Notes under the pieces: model-generated
Told to the model about the DNA's origin: nothing
Databases searched by the model: none
Seen by the model: the letters and a program-made list of their open reading frames with translations, nothing else
Shown: positions 63,130 through 64,000 of the stretch, in pieces
Layout of the letters: every line of letters begins with the position of its first letter
Position numbering within the stretch: the first letter of the stretch is position 1
Made by a program: the position numbers and the translations under genes
Source of the DNA: Botryllus schlosseri
Lineage: Eukaryota
Assembly (NCBI GenBank): GCA_051294905.1
Contig: CM119371.1
Coordinates: 30,134,001 to 30,198,000 of the forward strand
DNA length: 64,000 nucleotides
Direction: 5' to 3'

Positions 63130-64000
63130 AAGGCTAAGTGAACACATGTTCAACCGCAGAAAAGTGTTCAACAAAACTCAAAGATAGCCTAAGTTCATAC
63201 AAGCTCACATGGTTATTTAGACTGGCATTCAAGTTCACAAGAACATTTCAAGTTGAAGGCGATCTCTAATGACCTCGCCATTTCGAGTTTACATAACCTT
63301 ACGAGTTCATTTCAACTTACATCCAAGTTCTCAAGGATGCTTGAACTCGAGGTAGAGTCAAAATAGGATGATAAGCCTGAGTTCGAACAAGCTCTCAAGG
63401 TTATGTGAACTTGCGTTCAAGCCCACAAGGGCGTTAAAAATCGAGGTTGAGTTCAAATAAACTTGCAGGCTCCAAATAAAAACTAGTTTAATCTGAAGGG
63501 CGAGTTCATACAAGCTCACACGGTTATTCAACTCACATGTTTCAAGTTCACAATAACATTTGAAGTACAGGCTGATCTCAAATGACCTCATGACTGTGAG
63601 TTTACATAACATAACATAACATAACCTCTCAAGGTTATATGAACTTGCGTTCAAGCTTACAAGGGTGTTAAAACTCAAGGTTGAGATCAAATATACTGGT
63701 GAGGTTCAACTACAAAGTACTTAATAATGAATAATAAACGAACGTTTAACCTCAGAAAGATGTTTCAACTGAAGGTCGAGTTCATATAAGCAAACGCGGT
63801 CATTCGAACTCGCATTCAAGCTCACAATAATATCCTAGTAGAGGCTGATCTCAAATAACAAAGCAAGTTAGAGAGTATTCAACCTTACGTTCAAGCGCAT
63901 ACGGATGAGCGATACTCGGGATCGAGTTAAAACAAGATCCTGAGTCCGAGTTCAATCGAGCTAACAGGTTTATTCAAACTTGTGTTCGAATCCAGAATTA
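63130..64000. repeat. ~280-310-bp tandem repeat rich in GTTCAA/GAGTTC
   Basis: AGTTCATACAAGCTCACA..GGTTATT..GATCTC block recurs near 63192, 63503, 63779. Confidence 0.75.

Overview
AT-rich, intron- and repeat-rich animal genomic DNA (invertebrate; no prokaryotic features, rRNA, tRNA or CRISPR seen). Most ORF-track entries are spurious. By reading splice sites and phases I reconstruct three genes. (1) The 3' ~1,427 codons of a neurobeachin-like NBEAL1/2 gene on the minus strand (28 phase-consistent exons, 62605->27225; PH-BEACH-WD40; 5' part outside the window), with two GC-AG introns. (2) An intronless, divergent XK-family multi-TM gene nested antisense in an NBEAL intron (53859-54743). (3) The 5' part of a signal-peptide/CUB-domain gene on the minus strand (5962->882, continuing off the window). 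The rest is dense non-autonomous DNA transposons: at least 10 have perfect 8-bp TSDs (hAT-like), several are nested or fold-back, and there is one decayed transposase. The most unusual signal is a recurrent TA->TAGGCTA/TAGCCTA/TAGGCCTA micro-insertion, visible by comparing paralogous repeat copies, that looks like the excision footprint of an unidentified TA-targeting element. All alignments were done by eye; family names are from recalled motifs, not database searches.
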